Notes: a model not told the origin generated them from the letters alone. A DNA stretch of 64,000 nucleotides from Planctomycetota bacterium (GCA_014240375.1 JAAZXB010000005.1:64297-128296); one strand, 5' to 3'; positions 8,971 through 19,900 are shown, numbered from the stretch's first letter. Program-made: numbers and translations.

Positions 8971-10332
8971 CTACTTCAAGGCTTTCTGAAGGGACTTCTC
9001 CAGTTGCTCATAACTCTGATAGCCCGCTTCTCGGCCGACCACATTACCTTTGCGGTCGATGAAATAGACCGTGGGTAACCTCTTTAAATGATACTGTTGA
9101 AATCCAACTCCATCGCCCCGGATCAGCATTCTCTGCTGTAACTGGTTCTCCTGAACGAACTCCCGGATGCGGGTCCGGCCGTCATTGTCAGCATTTATTG
9201 CCAATACCTCGACATTTTTGCTCCTGAAGTCCTTCTGGATCTTGCTGAGGTGCGGAGACTCCGCACGACAGGCACCTCACGAATAACCCCAGAACGCCAC
9301 CATCAAGGTCTTCCCCTGGAAATCGGACAGGTTCACCATCTTCCCGTCGAGACCCTCAAGGGAGAAGTCGGGGGCTGGCTTCCCCATCATCTTCTTTGCT
9401 CGAACATCTGGATCGAGCGGTTGGGACGCGATCTTTTTGCTCGATTTGAGCAGAGAAGCGACCTCCTCCACGACTTCAGCCAGGGGGCCCTTCTTGTGGT
9501 CCTTCTGTCCCTTCTCGAACATCTTCTCCGCCATCTCGACCGCCGCCAGCGACATCCCCTTGCGCAGGACTCTCACCACCGGGGCGAGGAATTCATAGGC
9601 CTCTTCGACCTGCTGCGATTCCTCCTCCTCGATCAGTCCCGCTTCCAGTCTCTCGACTCGCAAGGTGCGCTCCTCGGAGGTGGCGTTCTCTTCATCGCCA
9701 CGCAGCAAGGTGGCTGCCCATTCCGCTCGCTTCAGCGATCCGCCGCCACTCAGGTACAATGTTTCCTTGAACGCACTCAGGCGCAACGCTCTGGCGCCTC
9801 CGCGGATCTGGATCTGGCCCCCGGCCAGCAGGCCCGTCAGGATCAGTTGCCCATCGTCGTCGATCGCTTCGGTTCGTTCGACCGAGATCTGCCTTCTCAA
9901 TCCGACCGGGGTGCCATCGGCCCAGCCCAGCCCAGCTCCCTCGGATCCCGCCCCGTGGACCGAGAGCAACATCTCCATCACTGCAGGGGAGAGGGGATCG
10001 AACAGTTCCGGTCTCGGTTTGCCGGAGCCGCGGATCATCATCGAACCGATGGGGAATCCGCCCGGATAGGTGCCATTGGAAGCGGTCGCACGCCAGACCC
10101 AGCGGTTTCCACCGGGTGCTGGGATCTGGAAGATGGTGACCTCGAATTCGAGGACCTCTTCTCCCCGGGTTCTCTCGACCTTCCAGACCGCTTTCGCCGA
10201 AGGATTCTGTTCCTCTTCATCATTGCCAGCCTGGGCCGGAAGGGAGGTGGGTTGGAGCAGAGACAGCATCAGGGATGCGAGTAACACGCTACCCAGATGA
10301 GTCTTGAGTCGATCAATTGTCATACAGATCAC
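8971..10332 (-). CDS. Secreted TlpA-like thiol:disulfide oxidoreductase selenoprotein candidate. In-frame UGA (9277..9279) gives a UxxC motif (FWGYS-U-GAC-RAE).
   Basis: ORFs 9277..10332 and 8971..9204 are in the same frame, separated only by a TGA. The joined sequence GKPAPDFSLEGLDGKMVNLSDFQGKTLMVAFWGYS[U]GACRAESPHL...VEVLAINADND...PTVYFIDRKGNVV is a complete TlpA domain. The TGA sits exactly at the first Cys of CxxC. Hairpin GTGCGGAG-A-CTCCGCAC at 9250..9266, 11 nt 3' of the UGA on the mRNA. N-terminal signal peptide. Confidence 0.7.
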
Positions 10333-10656
10333 TCCTCGTGGCGGAAGATCGCCAGATGTGTCGAGAATTCAGGGAAACCCAGTAGAAACCAATCGGACCG
10401 GGAATTCCTCGGTCCTCGGCCCGAATTCAAGGTAATCTCCGCCCCCCTGAGGCACAAGTGGCAGCCTCCGGCAGATTCGCACTGGTTTACTCCGGAGAAG
10501 CCTATTACACTGGAGGCAGTACGCGGGGGGACTGGGCCCGATTGAGGATTCCATGGGGGATTCTTGAATTGGAGTCGTCCTCAAGATACTGGCTGGTCCA
10601 ATCATCCCGGAACCAGCGCTGAACCTCTCGAGAGGAGGCTCGATTTGTCGAACCGA

Positions 10657-11361
10657 ATGAGCAGTTTTCTAGGACTGGCCCTTTTACTTCTCTTCACACC
10701 TGTCGCTCTAGGCGTGGCCTTTGCCGCGGATGACGACGGTGGGCTGCGCAAGCCACTCGATCTTCCTGCCGGTGGTGCGGGTAGTGATGATGAAGAAGAA
10801 GACGCTCCGGAAGCGATTCGCTTCTACGGATCTGAATTCGAAGGAGATACTTTCGTCTTCATCGTGCCGGCCTATGGCTTCTGCGGTGAGACTGACATCT
10901 TCGACATGATTCGTCAGGAAGTGTCGACCACTCTCAACCAGCTCTCGGCATCGGTCGACTTCGCCATCGTGGCGTACAACTCGACCACCTACATCTGGCG
11001 TCCCGACTGTGTCCATGCCTCACCCGGTCACAAGGCCGCGGCTCAGGCATGGATGGGTACGCTCGCTCCGATTGAGAACCACTGTCTCCTCGACGCTGCC
11101 CTCGCAGGTCTGGGCCTGGCTCAGCAAGCTTCGGGTGCCCACAAGCAGGTGATTATCTGCGGTGCTCGTGAGCCGTACTGCAACGGTTCCGGTGGTGGAA
11201 ACTACGCAGATATTTGCATGGAGTCGATCACGGCAGCTAACTTTGAGAACCTGCCGGTTCACACGATTTACTTCACCAGCTCGTTCTATTCTGGTGAAGA
11301 GCAGTTCTACGTGAACCTCGCCGCCATGAACGGCGGAACCTTCCGTCAGGTCGACTACTAG
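10657..11361 (+). CDS. Hypothetical secreted protein (possible degenerate vWA-like fold)
   Basis: AGAGGAGG Shine-Dalgarno sequence then ATG at 10657. Signal peptide MSSFLGLALLLLFTPVALGVAFA. Followed by a strong terminator. Confidence 0.5.
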   Translation: MSSFLGLALLLLFTPVALGVAFAADDDGGLRKPLDLPAGGAGSDDEEEDAPEAIRFYGSEFEGDTFVFIVPAYGFCGETDIFDMIRQEVSTTLNQLSASVDFAIVAYNSTTYIWRPDCVHASPGHKAAAQAWMGTLAPIENHCLLDAALAGLGLAQQASGAHKQVIICGAREPYCNGSGGGNYADICMESITAANFENLPVHTIYFTSSFYSGEEQFYVNLAAMNGGTFRQVDY

Positions 11362-11402
11362 ACCTCGACGGTTAGAGACTCGACACGAAACAAGATGATG
11401 CA

Positions 11403-11437
11403 GGCCCCAAACGTGAAAGCGTTTGGGGCCTTTTTTT
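11403..11437 (+). terminator. Rho-independent terminator (GGCCCCAAACG-tgaaag-CGTTTGGGGCC + T7)
   Basis: Perfect 11-bp stem, 6-nt loop, then seven T. 40 nt after the 10657..11361 stop. Confidence 0.75.
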
Positions 11438-11603
11438 CGCCTCATCCTGGCGACTGAAGAGTCCTCTGGATCGCCATCATCCTCGGCGACTGCTCCCCCT
11501 GCTCACTGCCGGAACCCACTGGCTTCGGGTGTCACCGTCGATCGGATCGGATATCCTCCGGGCAAGGGCCGCCAGAGGGCGAGGCGATCCCGGGAGGACT
11601 TCC

Positions 11604-14600
11604 ATGAGTGAAGTGGGACAGAGCTTCGAGTTTCCGGAACCACCGCAGTCTCCAGATTTTCCCAATCTGGAAGCTCAGGTCCGGACTTTCTGGGATGACA
11701 ACTCCATCGAACAGAAGGCCCTGGCACTTCGCCAGGGAGCAGAACGCTTCGTCTTCTTCGAGGGACCTCCCACCGCCAACGGCATGCCTCACCCCGGTCA
11801 CGCACTGACCCGTGCGATGAAGGACCTGTTTCCTCGATATCAGACGATGCGAGGTCGCCTCTGCGAAAGAAAGGCGGGCTGGGACACCCATGGATTGCCG
11901 GTCGAAACCGAGGTTTGCAAGGAGATCGGAATCCACTCGAAGGATCAGATCGAGGAGTATGGCATCGAACCGTTTGTCCGGCGCTGTCAGCAATCGGTAT
12001 TTCGCTATGTCAAGGAATGGGAGTCACTGACCCGTAACATCGGTTTCTGGGTCGATCTCGATGAGGCTTACGCCACATACCATCAGAGTTACGTTGAAAG
12101 TGTCTGGTGGGCACTCAAAAGATTGTTTGATCAGGGGCTGCTGTACCAGGGCGAAAAGATCGTCTGGTGGTGGGCCCAGGGAGGTACGGGTCTTTCCGCC
12201 GGTGAAGTCGGGGAAGGATACAGGGAAGTGGATGATCCGAGCGTTTTCGTTCGGATGCCACGGTTAGATGATCAGGGTCAGCCGGACGGGGTCGACTTCG
12301 TCGCATGGACCACTACGCCCTGGACTCTCATCTCGAATCAGTTCATCGCAGTGCATCCAGAGGTGCAGTACAGCACCGTCAAGGATGCCGGCAGTGATCA
12401 GAGGTTCATCGTCGCGACCGATCTGGTCGAGAAAATGGCGACCAAGTGGAAGATGGAACTGAGCATCGAGGAAACCGTGGTGGGAGCGGACCTGGTCGGC
12501 ACCCGTTACCGCCCTCCCTTCGACGGCTACTGGAAGCAGCATGGTGGGAGGGTCGCTGACCTGGTGGAAGGCGGTGAGGTTTCTCTGATGTGGAGAGTGG
12601 TCGCTGCTGATTTCGTGACCACCGGGAGTGGCAGTGGAGTGGTACACCAGGCACCGGCATTTGGTGAGGTGGATCATGAGGTCTTGGTCGCCGAGCGAGC
12701 GAAACTGGTAGATCCTGAAGTGCTGGAGTTGCTCTGTGCGGTCGAACCGGACGGTAGTTTCGGGGAGATTGCAGGAGAGCAGTTTCACGGACGCTGGGTC
12801 AAGGATTGTGACAAGGAACTGATCCGCAAGTTGAAGGAAGAGGGGACGCTCCTTCATCAGGAGGTGTATCGCCACGATTATCCCTTCTGTCCGCGGGCGC
12901 GTGAGGATGCGTTGATCCAGTACCCGCGTCGATCCTGGTTCATCCAGACCACTCGATTCGTCGACCAGATGCTGGAGAACAACCAACAGATCCAGTGGCA
13001 GCCGGAGCACATCCAGGATGGAAGATTTGGTAAGTACCTCGAATCGAATGTCGACTGGACCCTCTCGAGAGAGAGGTTCTGGGGCACCCCGCTGCCGATC
13101 TGGGTCTGCGAGAAGACCGGACAGATGGAAGCGATCGAGAACTACCAGGAACTGCTCTCGAAACCGGACGTGGTGGGGCAGGAAAAGTTCACCGATGCCA
13201 AGGAGGCGGATCCCACCCTGGATGACCACCTGAGAGTCCATCGCCCCTACATCGATGCGGTCCACTACGCCTCTCCTTACTCGGAGGGCGCGAGGATGCG
13301 AAGGGTGCCGGATGTCATCGATTGCTGGTTTGATGCCGGCTGCATGCCCTTTGCGCAGTGGGGATTCCCGCATCAAAATGTCGACCGTTTTTCAAGCCAG
13401 TTTCCAGCAGACTTCATCAGCGAGGCGATCGATCAGACTCGCGGATGGTTTTATGCGCTGCTGTCGATCTCGACCATCCTGTTCGGCCCGGAGGGGGCTG
13501 CACACGGAGATGAGAGGGTCCCGGAGGAGGCGTATGCCAGCTGGCCGCATCCATTCAAGTCATGCATCGTCCTGGGCCACTTGCTCGGCGAAGACGGCCT
13601 CAAGATGTCAAAATCGCTGAAGAATTACAGGACTCCCGATTACATCTTCGAGAAGGAGGGTGCCGATGCGATGCGCTGGCTCTTCTATGCCGGCCAGGCT
13701 CCATGGACCAGCCTTCGTTTCCAGGAGCAGTCGATCACCGAGGGGCAACGGGAGTTCCTTCTGCGGCTGTGGAATGTCTATTCCTTCTTCAGTATCTATG
13801 CCCGTATCGATGGCTGGCAGCCGACCGGCGACCTGAGGGCGGCTCCCGGGCCGGATGTGAAACTATCAGAACTCGATCGCTGGATCCTGGCAGAGTTGAA
13901 TGCCACGGTCGATCAGGTTCGAACTGCGCTCGATGATTTCGATAATCTGACCGCTGCGACTGCATTGAATGATTTCGTCGACGCACTGTCCAACTGGTAT
14001 GTCCGCCGTGGCCGTGATCGCTACTGGAGTGAAGGAATGAATGCCGACAAGGAAGCGGCCTATTCGACCCTCTATCACTGCCTGGTGACCACCACCATGC
14101 TGGCGGCACCGTTTGTTCCCTTCATCACCGAGCACCTCTACGGCGTACTGGTCAAATCTCGTGGGGACGATTTTCCAGAATCTGTTCATCTCTGTGATTA
14201 TCCGGAATCTGAAGCACAGCGTTTTGACGACTCCTTGTGTAGTCGCATGGCGATGATACGTGAGATCGCTTCGCTCGGACGGGCCTGTCGTTCGCGTGAG
14301 AAATTGAAGGTGCGGCAACCACTTCCGGCGGTCCGGATCGTCCTGGCCAATTCCAAAATGGTCTCCCAACTGGCGGCAGATACAGAGTTGATCTCCGAGG
14401 AACTGAATGTCAAAGGGGTCGAGTTCGTGGAAGATGCTTCGGAGTATGTTTCCTACGAGGTGAAGCCAAACTTCAAGGCGATCGGGCCCCGATTCGGACA
14501 GGATGCACGGTCGATCGCCAAGGCACTTTCTCAGCATGACGATCCGTCGGCGCTGGTGCGAGCCGCGAACTCCGGCCAGACGATTCCACTGATGCTCGAC

Positions 14601-14993
14601 GGAGATCGTGAAGTGACTCTCGAATCGACGGATCTCGATGTAAGAGTTCATCAAAAAGATGGATGGAGTGCTGCTGAAGCGAAGGGAGTGGTGGTCATTC
14701 TCTCGACAGAGGTTTCTCCAGAGTTGCATCGAGAGGGCCTGGTCCGGGAAGTGATCAGTCATGTTCAAGGGATCCGCAGAGATCTGGATCTCGGTTATGA
14801 CCAGAGGATTCGTCTTTCTGTCGCTGCTGAAGGAAATCTGGCTCTCGCAATCGATGAACACGCTTCCCACCTGCAGAAGGAAACACTCTCGGTGGAGATC
14901 TCGATGCAGGCCATCGACGGAGTGGAGTCGAGAGATGTCGAGATTGAGGGTGCCTCGGTTCGTATCGGGGTGAATCCTGTGACCACCAATTAG
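11604..14993 (+). CDS. ileS: Isoleucine--tRNA ligase (type 2, long form)
   Basis: About 1129 aa. PTANGMPHPGHALT (HIGH region), KMSKSLKNY (KMSKS), WTLSRERFWGTPLPIW (IleRS editing/zinc region), C-terminal anticodon-binding extension. TAG stop. Confidence 0.9.
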   Translation: MSEVGQSFEFPEPPQSPDFPNLEAQVRTFWDDNSIEQKALALRQGAERFVFFEGPPTANGMPHPGHALTRAMKDLFPRYQTMRGRLCERKAGWDTHGLPVETEVCKEIGIHSKDQIEEYGIEPFVRRCQQSVFRYVKEWESLTRNIGFWVDLDEAYATYHQSYVESVWWALKRLFDQGLLYQGEKIVWWWAQGGTGLSAGEVGEGYREVDDPSVFVRMPRLDDQGQPDGVDFVAWTTTPWTLISNQFIAVHPEVQYSTVKDAGSDQRFIVATDLVEKMATKWKMELSIEETVVGADLVGTRYRPPFDGYWKQHGGRVADLVEGGEVSLMWRVVAADFVTTGSGSGVVHQAPAFGEVDHEVLVAERAKLVDPEVLELLCAVEPDGSFGEIAGEQFHGRWVKDCDKELIRKLKEEGTLLHQEVYRHDYPFCPRAREDALIQYPRRSWFIQTTRFVDQMLENNQQIQWQPEHIQDGRFGKYLESNVDWTLSRERFWGTPLPIWVCEKTGQMEAIENYQELLSKPDVVGQEKFTDAKEADPTLDDHLRVHRPYIDAVHYASPYSEGARMRRVPDVIDCWFDAGCMPFAQWGFPHQNVDRFSSQFPADFISEAIDQTRGWFYALLSISTILFGPEGAAHGDERVPEEAYASWPHPFKSCIVLGHLLGEDGLKMSKSLKNYRTPDYIFEKEGADAMRWLFYAGQAPWTSLRFQEQSITEGQREFLLRLWNVYSFFSIYARIDGWQPTGDLRAAPGPDVKLSELDRWILAELNATVDQVRTALDDFDNLTAATALNDFVDALSNWYVRRGRDRYWSEGMNADKEAAYSTLYHCLVTTTMLAAPFVPFITEHLYGVLVKSRGDDFPESVHLCDYPESEAQRFDDSLCSRMAMIREIASLGRACRSREKLKVRQPLPAVRIVLANSKMVSQLAADTELISEELNVKGVEFVEDASEYVSYEVKPNFKAIGPRFGQDARSIAKALSQHDDPSALVRAANSGQTIPLMLDGDREVTLESTDLDVRVHQKDGWSAAEAKGVVVILSTEVSPELHREGLVREVISHVQGIRRDLDLGYDQRIRLSVAAEGNLALAIDEHASHLQKETLSVEISMQAIDGVESRDVEIEGASVRIGVNPVTTN

Positions 14994-15036
14994 CGCATGA
15001 CCTGGATGAACTGAACGACCAACGGAGGAGGGTGTC

Positions 15037-15621
15037 ATCGGTTGGCATGAAAGCCTGAAACAAGCTCAAGAGGAAGCGCAGGTCGATGAACGACCGATCC
15101 TGATCATCCTCGAGGCACCCGGCTGACTCGGTTGCAAGCGCCTGGATACCGTGACGTATCCAGATCCTCACTTCATCGCTGCCGTCGATTCGCTGGTAGC
15201 GCCGATTCGCATCAATATCGCCGATCGTCACGAGGACTTTCGCGATGCGACGGTGATGACCAAGATCCCCTTTTCACCTCGATTCCGCCTCTTCAGTTGC
15301 GACCGTAAGCGGTTACTGCGGGAATGGACCGGTTGGATGCCCACCGCGGAGCTGATCGCCGAGTTCCACATCGCCCGCGGTATCGATCGGCTGGAACGGA
15401 AGGATCCGGCAGCAGCGGCGGATCAGTTCGATTCTGCGCTGGCGGCTGCCGAGGATGGACCGGCCACCGCAGAGATCCTCTACCGCAGGGGGATGGCCGC
15501 CTTCATCGCAGGGAAGTTTGACTGGCAGCCACTGAGGAGAGACTGGAACCGAGTGGTCGAAGAATTTCCAGGCACTCGCTGGGCTCACCACGCATCGGTC
15601 ATCGAGGATGCTCCGCAGTGA
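15037..15621 (+). CDS. Thioredoxin-family selenoprotein candidate. In-frame UGA (15124..15126) gives a UxxC motif (EAPG-U-LGC-KRLD). Paralog of the WCGWC lipoprotein at 33174..34130.
   Basis: The frame from 15010 reads ...EEGVIGWHESLKQAQEEAQVDERPILIILEAPG[TGA]LGCKRLDTVTYPDPHFIAAV.... This aligns residue by residue with KDILINFTGSDWCGWCKKLEGEVF of the 33174 gene, with TGA at the first Cys. Hairpin GGATAC-cgtgac-GTATCC at 15144..15161, 18 nt 3' of the UGA. Start uncertain: strong GGAGGAG Shine-Dalgarno sequence at 15025-31 but no ATG/GTG/TTG before the TGA. ATC at 15037 is the best-spaced candidate. Confidence 0.55.
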
Positions 15622-15637
15622 CCGGTTCGCCAGATCA

Positions 15638-16387
15638 CTACTGAGCAGGGTCGATCTGTGCTTCCGTCGGTTCCTCGGCAAGAGGCTTCCTCGCCACCAT
15701 GATCAACTTGGGACCGAACAGCAACGCCGGACTGAGGATCTCCTTCTCGATGTCTCGGCGCAGCGGCTTCGGGGTCTCGAAGCGACGGTTTCTCCACATC
15801 CGCCGGGTTCCCCACCACACCAGCGGAAACATCAGAGGTGCCAGCAGGATCGAGTTCAGTGAGTATCGGGTCGCTTCGACTCCAACTACATCGAGACCAA
15901 CATGAGTCATGTAGAACCGCAGCTGGAAGGCGTTGATGAGAAAGACATGGCCGTAGTAGGTGTCTTCTCCATGAACCTTGGAGCCACCCCAGTAGCCATG
16001 AGAGTCGGTGACTAACCAGCGCCGAGGGCGCGGATGGCCCGACATCATCGAGTCGAGCCGGGCAGACAGAAACAGGATGTTGGGAGTCGTCACGATGAGG
16101 ACTCCGCCCGGCTTGAGAACCCTGGTCAGTTCGGCCAGTACGGCGACCTGGTTGTCGACATGCTCGATGCCTTCGGAGTGCAGAACACCCTCGAAGGAGT
16201 TGTCTTCATAGGGAAGTGGAGCGGTCATGTCACAGCGGGTGCAGGAAAAACCGTTGGCCCGGGCCCGGTCGGGAAAGAGGTCGGCACACTCCACTTCGAA
16301 GCCTGACTCGACCAGATTTCAGGCGTTGACTCCGTCGCCGGAGGGGACGTCAAGAATCTTGCCGGTATCGATGTACTTGCGAAACAT
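15638..16387 (-). CDS. Class I SAM-dependent methyltransferase interrupted by an in-frame TGA (16319..16321). Either a Sec codon or a disrupted gene.
   Basis: Upstream segment MFRKYIDTGKILDVPSGDGVNA carries motif I (ILDVPSGDG). After the TGA the same frame continues NLVESGFEVECADL... into ORF 15638..16294. That ORF has the post-I and later motifs (LKPGGVLIVTTPN) but no motif I of its own. Confidence 0.45.
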
Positions 16388-16507
16388 CTGGCCGACTTCA
16401 TCACGGATGTGTCCGTCATGTTTGAGGCGCTTCAGCAGAGACAAGTTGGAGATTTCCTTACAGCAGAGTTGTGGAAGGGGACGGTGAGAGGTCGCGACGG
16501 AATGATC

Positions 16508-16927
16508 TCAGGAAATGAACTGTATCGTCAACGGATATCGCCAAACCTCGCCCTGATTCGCCTTCAAGCCACCGATCAGAGGGAAAACGATGTTGCAGAT
16601 ACCGAGGGCTGCCAGTATTGGAATCCCGATGATCAGAAAAAGCAGGAAAAATCCCACGACGCCGTAAATGACACTGGAGATGAGCCAGTTGGCGACTAAC
16701 TTGCCGTGCTCATCGAGGGATGGTAATTCCTCTTTCTTGATCTGCCAGATGACGAGGGGTGCAATGAAGCCTGCGATGGGAACGAGGTAGCCGGCAAGCA
16801 TCGAGAAATGGAGAATCATCGCCCATTCTCGGGCTGCCTTCTCCTCGAAACCATCCTCGATGGAAGAAGAGGGAGTTGGTCCTTCTGTAACTTCTTCAAT
16901 CATGGCCATCACTCCTTTAGTGAGCAT
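16508..16927 (-). CDS. DUF4870-family small membrane protein
   Basis: REWAMILHFSMLAGYLVPIAGFIAPLVIWQIKKEE matches the DUF4870 core (WAxLxHLS...IIWxxKKDD). Three predicted TM helices. Confidence 0.55.
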   Translation of the reverse strand: MLTKGVMAMIEEVTEGPTPSSSIEDGFEEKAAREWAMILHFSMLAGYLVPIAGFIAPLVIWQIKKEELPSLDEHGKLVANWLISSVIYGVVGFFLLFLIIGIPILAALGICNIVFPLIGGLKANQGEVWRYPLTIQFIS

Positions 16928-16972
16928 CCTCCATGGGGCTGTCCCCCCGCCGAGTAGACCACCAGTGGTCGA

Positions 16973-19900
16973 TCATGGGCAGCCATTGGTTGGTTGGTCG
17001 CAGCCCAGTGAATCTTCGGTGGGATCTTCACCACACAGTTCGGGTCCCGGTGGTGCCGGTGCGGTGGAACCGCTGAACAGACTTCCCAGCATCGAGATTC
17101 CGTCACCGATGTTGAGGTCGCCATCATCGTTGGTGTCACAGGAGTCGTGGCAACCGGGCGCTTCGGCATTGGAGAAGAGGTAGCCGAGCAGGAAGATCAC
17201 ATCGCCGATATCAAAGGTGTCATCACCGTTACACAATCCTCTGCGAAATGTCGGAGGAGGTGGCGCCGTCGGTGGAGTCGCCACCTCGGCCTCGATGAAG
17301 GGAATGGCAGAGGGGGAGTGGACCCCGAGGATCGCAATCCCTGATTCCGGAGCCGCATCCGCATCGAAGCCGAAATTGTAGAGGAATCCCCAGCGAATCG
17401 GGTTGGCAGCGGTACCGCTGGCATGATCGGTGGTGGACCAGGTGATCCCATCTGCATCGCGAACTGCCGACCAGTTGTCGTTGGAGAAGGAAAAACTGTG
17501 AATCGTCGGAGCGAAGAAATCGATGTTGCTGACCTCGACATCGGATGCCACCGGCACCATGAAGGAACCGGCATTGCGTCCCATGTCGTGGTTGTAAACC
17601 GAGTACTCATAGTGCCAGGTGCCATCGCCGTTGTCGGTGACCTTGTGTGCCAGGTAGCAGCGGCCATCGATCTGCGGGAACGGTTGTACCACCTCGATGG
17701 AGGCTCCCGGCCATGCGGCCTGTACCGTTCCCAGTTGGCTCGGTGCGGACATGTTCATCGACCAGTTACCCCCCGGAGTACCGGAGACACCGATCGGTTC
17801 CCAGGCATGATTGGTGGTGTGGTCGATGTCACCCGGATGGACCACTGAAACCTCGGAGATCCAGGTCGATCCGGGGTGCAAGGTCGGATCGAGATCGTCA
17901 TCCTCGACTGCGAGGCGCTCTTCTACCTGATCCCAGGGTCCCGAGTCGGACTGCAACTCCGATCCCTCGTAGATGAATCCTCCACTCCAGGGATCGATCT
18001 CACTACGAGGCCCCATCGTGTTCTGGTTGGCATTGCCGCTGGCGCCGTAGGTGTCGGAGCAACCGACACCGGTATAGGTGCTGGTGGGACTGGGGTTGCA
18101 GCCGAATCCGCAAGCATTGGCCTGGGCCGAGGACCAGCCATGCTTGACCCATGAGCCGCCGATCTGGATCAGACGATCGGCATCGAGGCGAAACATGTTG
18201 AACGCCATCATCGGGTGTCGTGGGTCGGGGTTGGCAAACCAATCGAGGGGTTCGGTGCCGCCGTTACACATCACCGATTCTGAACCGAAACTGGCCTGGG
18301 ATCCCTCGCGACCGACCATCACCAGGTTATTCGAATCACCGATGATCAGATCCTGCCCCGAGTTGGGCATCGGTGCCGTGTCGTAGATGCGAAGACACCA
18401 CTCCTCGAGCATCCCCGTTTCACCCGTCATCTCATCGGAGATGCTGAGGGTCCAGCTTCCGATCGGGTTAGCACCCTTGAAAGATGAAAGATCTCCCAGC
18501 GGTTGCATCCATCCACCGGAATCGTACGGCGGTTGGTTGGGAGATCCACTTTGCCACCAGGTCAGATCGATCCCTCCGGCAGCACCGGTGGGTTGAGCAT
18601 GAAGCGTCACTGTGATGCCATCGGGGGAAGTGAGTTCGACCACCAGTTGACTGGCATCGGGATGATTGATGTGAGCCTCGACTTGAAGATCCCACAGGAT
18701 GATGGCGGGATCGCCGCTGATGTTGATGATGGATTCGATCGGCTCTGAGCCATCAGGGATATCGATGAGCGGTGCACTACAATTTTCCAGAGTGATTGGC
18801 CCGGTGACGGCGACTTCATCGCAGAAAGGTGTACCGGGGGCACTTCCGATCTGCGGCGTGGCGCAGACCTCGATCATCGTCTGGATCGACGATACCGGGA
18901 GTGTTGCAGTGATGAGGTCTCCAGCGACAAAGGGACCGTTCACGGTCACCTGGCTGGAGCCCACAAACCCTGCTGCGAACAGCACTGAATCACACGGACC
19001 GGAAACCAACGCCTCGCAATCGATCTCGGCACTGCCGGGTACCGAGCTGAGGGTCAGTGATTCGATGAGCGACTGGACAAATTGAACATTGACGTTACCG
19101 GTACCGGTTTGGCCATCTCCCCAGCCGCCAATGCGGATTAAATACTCCTCGCCGGCGGAGACTTGCAGACCCTCGACGACCGATGCGTAGGAAGCGCCGT
19201 TACCTTGCATCGGGCATCCGGGCTCGTCGCCACTACAGGCGACTTCGATCTTGGCTGTGCAATCGCCGAGATAGATCACCAGGTCGGTATCGAAGTTGAC
19301 GATGTCACACATGCTGACAGTGAGAGAACCCTCACCCGGTGCGGTCCAGCGGTACCAGACATCCTGGTTCATCACTCCGAGAGCATTGCAACTGGTGCCG
19401 CTACTGTAGAGATCGATACTGTCGCTGGCTGCAGTGGTATCGATGGGGTTGTCGCCGATCACCGCTTCGATGGCACCGCTGCACTCATCATTTTCAGGAG
19501 CTCCGGGTGGCGGAGGTGGGGCGCTCGTCATCGAGATGTCGAAGGTACCTCCGCCAATGTCATAATCGTAATAGCCGCCGATGCGAATCAGAATCGTCTC
19601 GCCGACAAAAACCGGCACATTTTCAAGGGTGGTATTCCAGTTGTTGGTGGTTCCCTGGACCAGGCAACCTGCCGTGTCGCCGTGGCAGGCGATGGGGATC
19701 AGTGATCCGCAAGCACCGCCATAGACGATGACGTCAGTATCAAAATCGACGGTGTCACAGGTAGTGATGGTCATCAGACCATCTTCTGCAGGAGTGAACT
19801 GGTACCAGACATCGCCATGGACACCGCCAAGTGCGGTTCCGGGACAGGTGCTGGTGGGGATCTCTTCCAGGCTGTTGGTCGCCTCGGAGGTATCGATCGA

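Noticed and set aside
11529-14993. Numerous antisense or overlapping ORFs (for example 12264..13376 -, 13866..15038 -) inside ileS and other long genes
   Set aside because: Shadow ORFs expected in GC-rich DNA. No family signal, and they overlap strongly supported genes.
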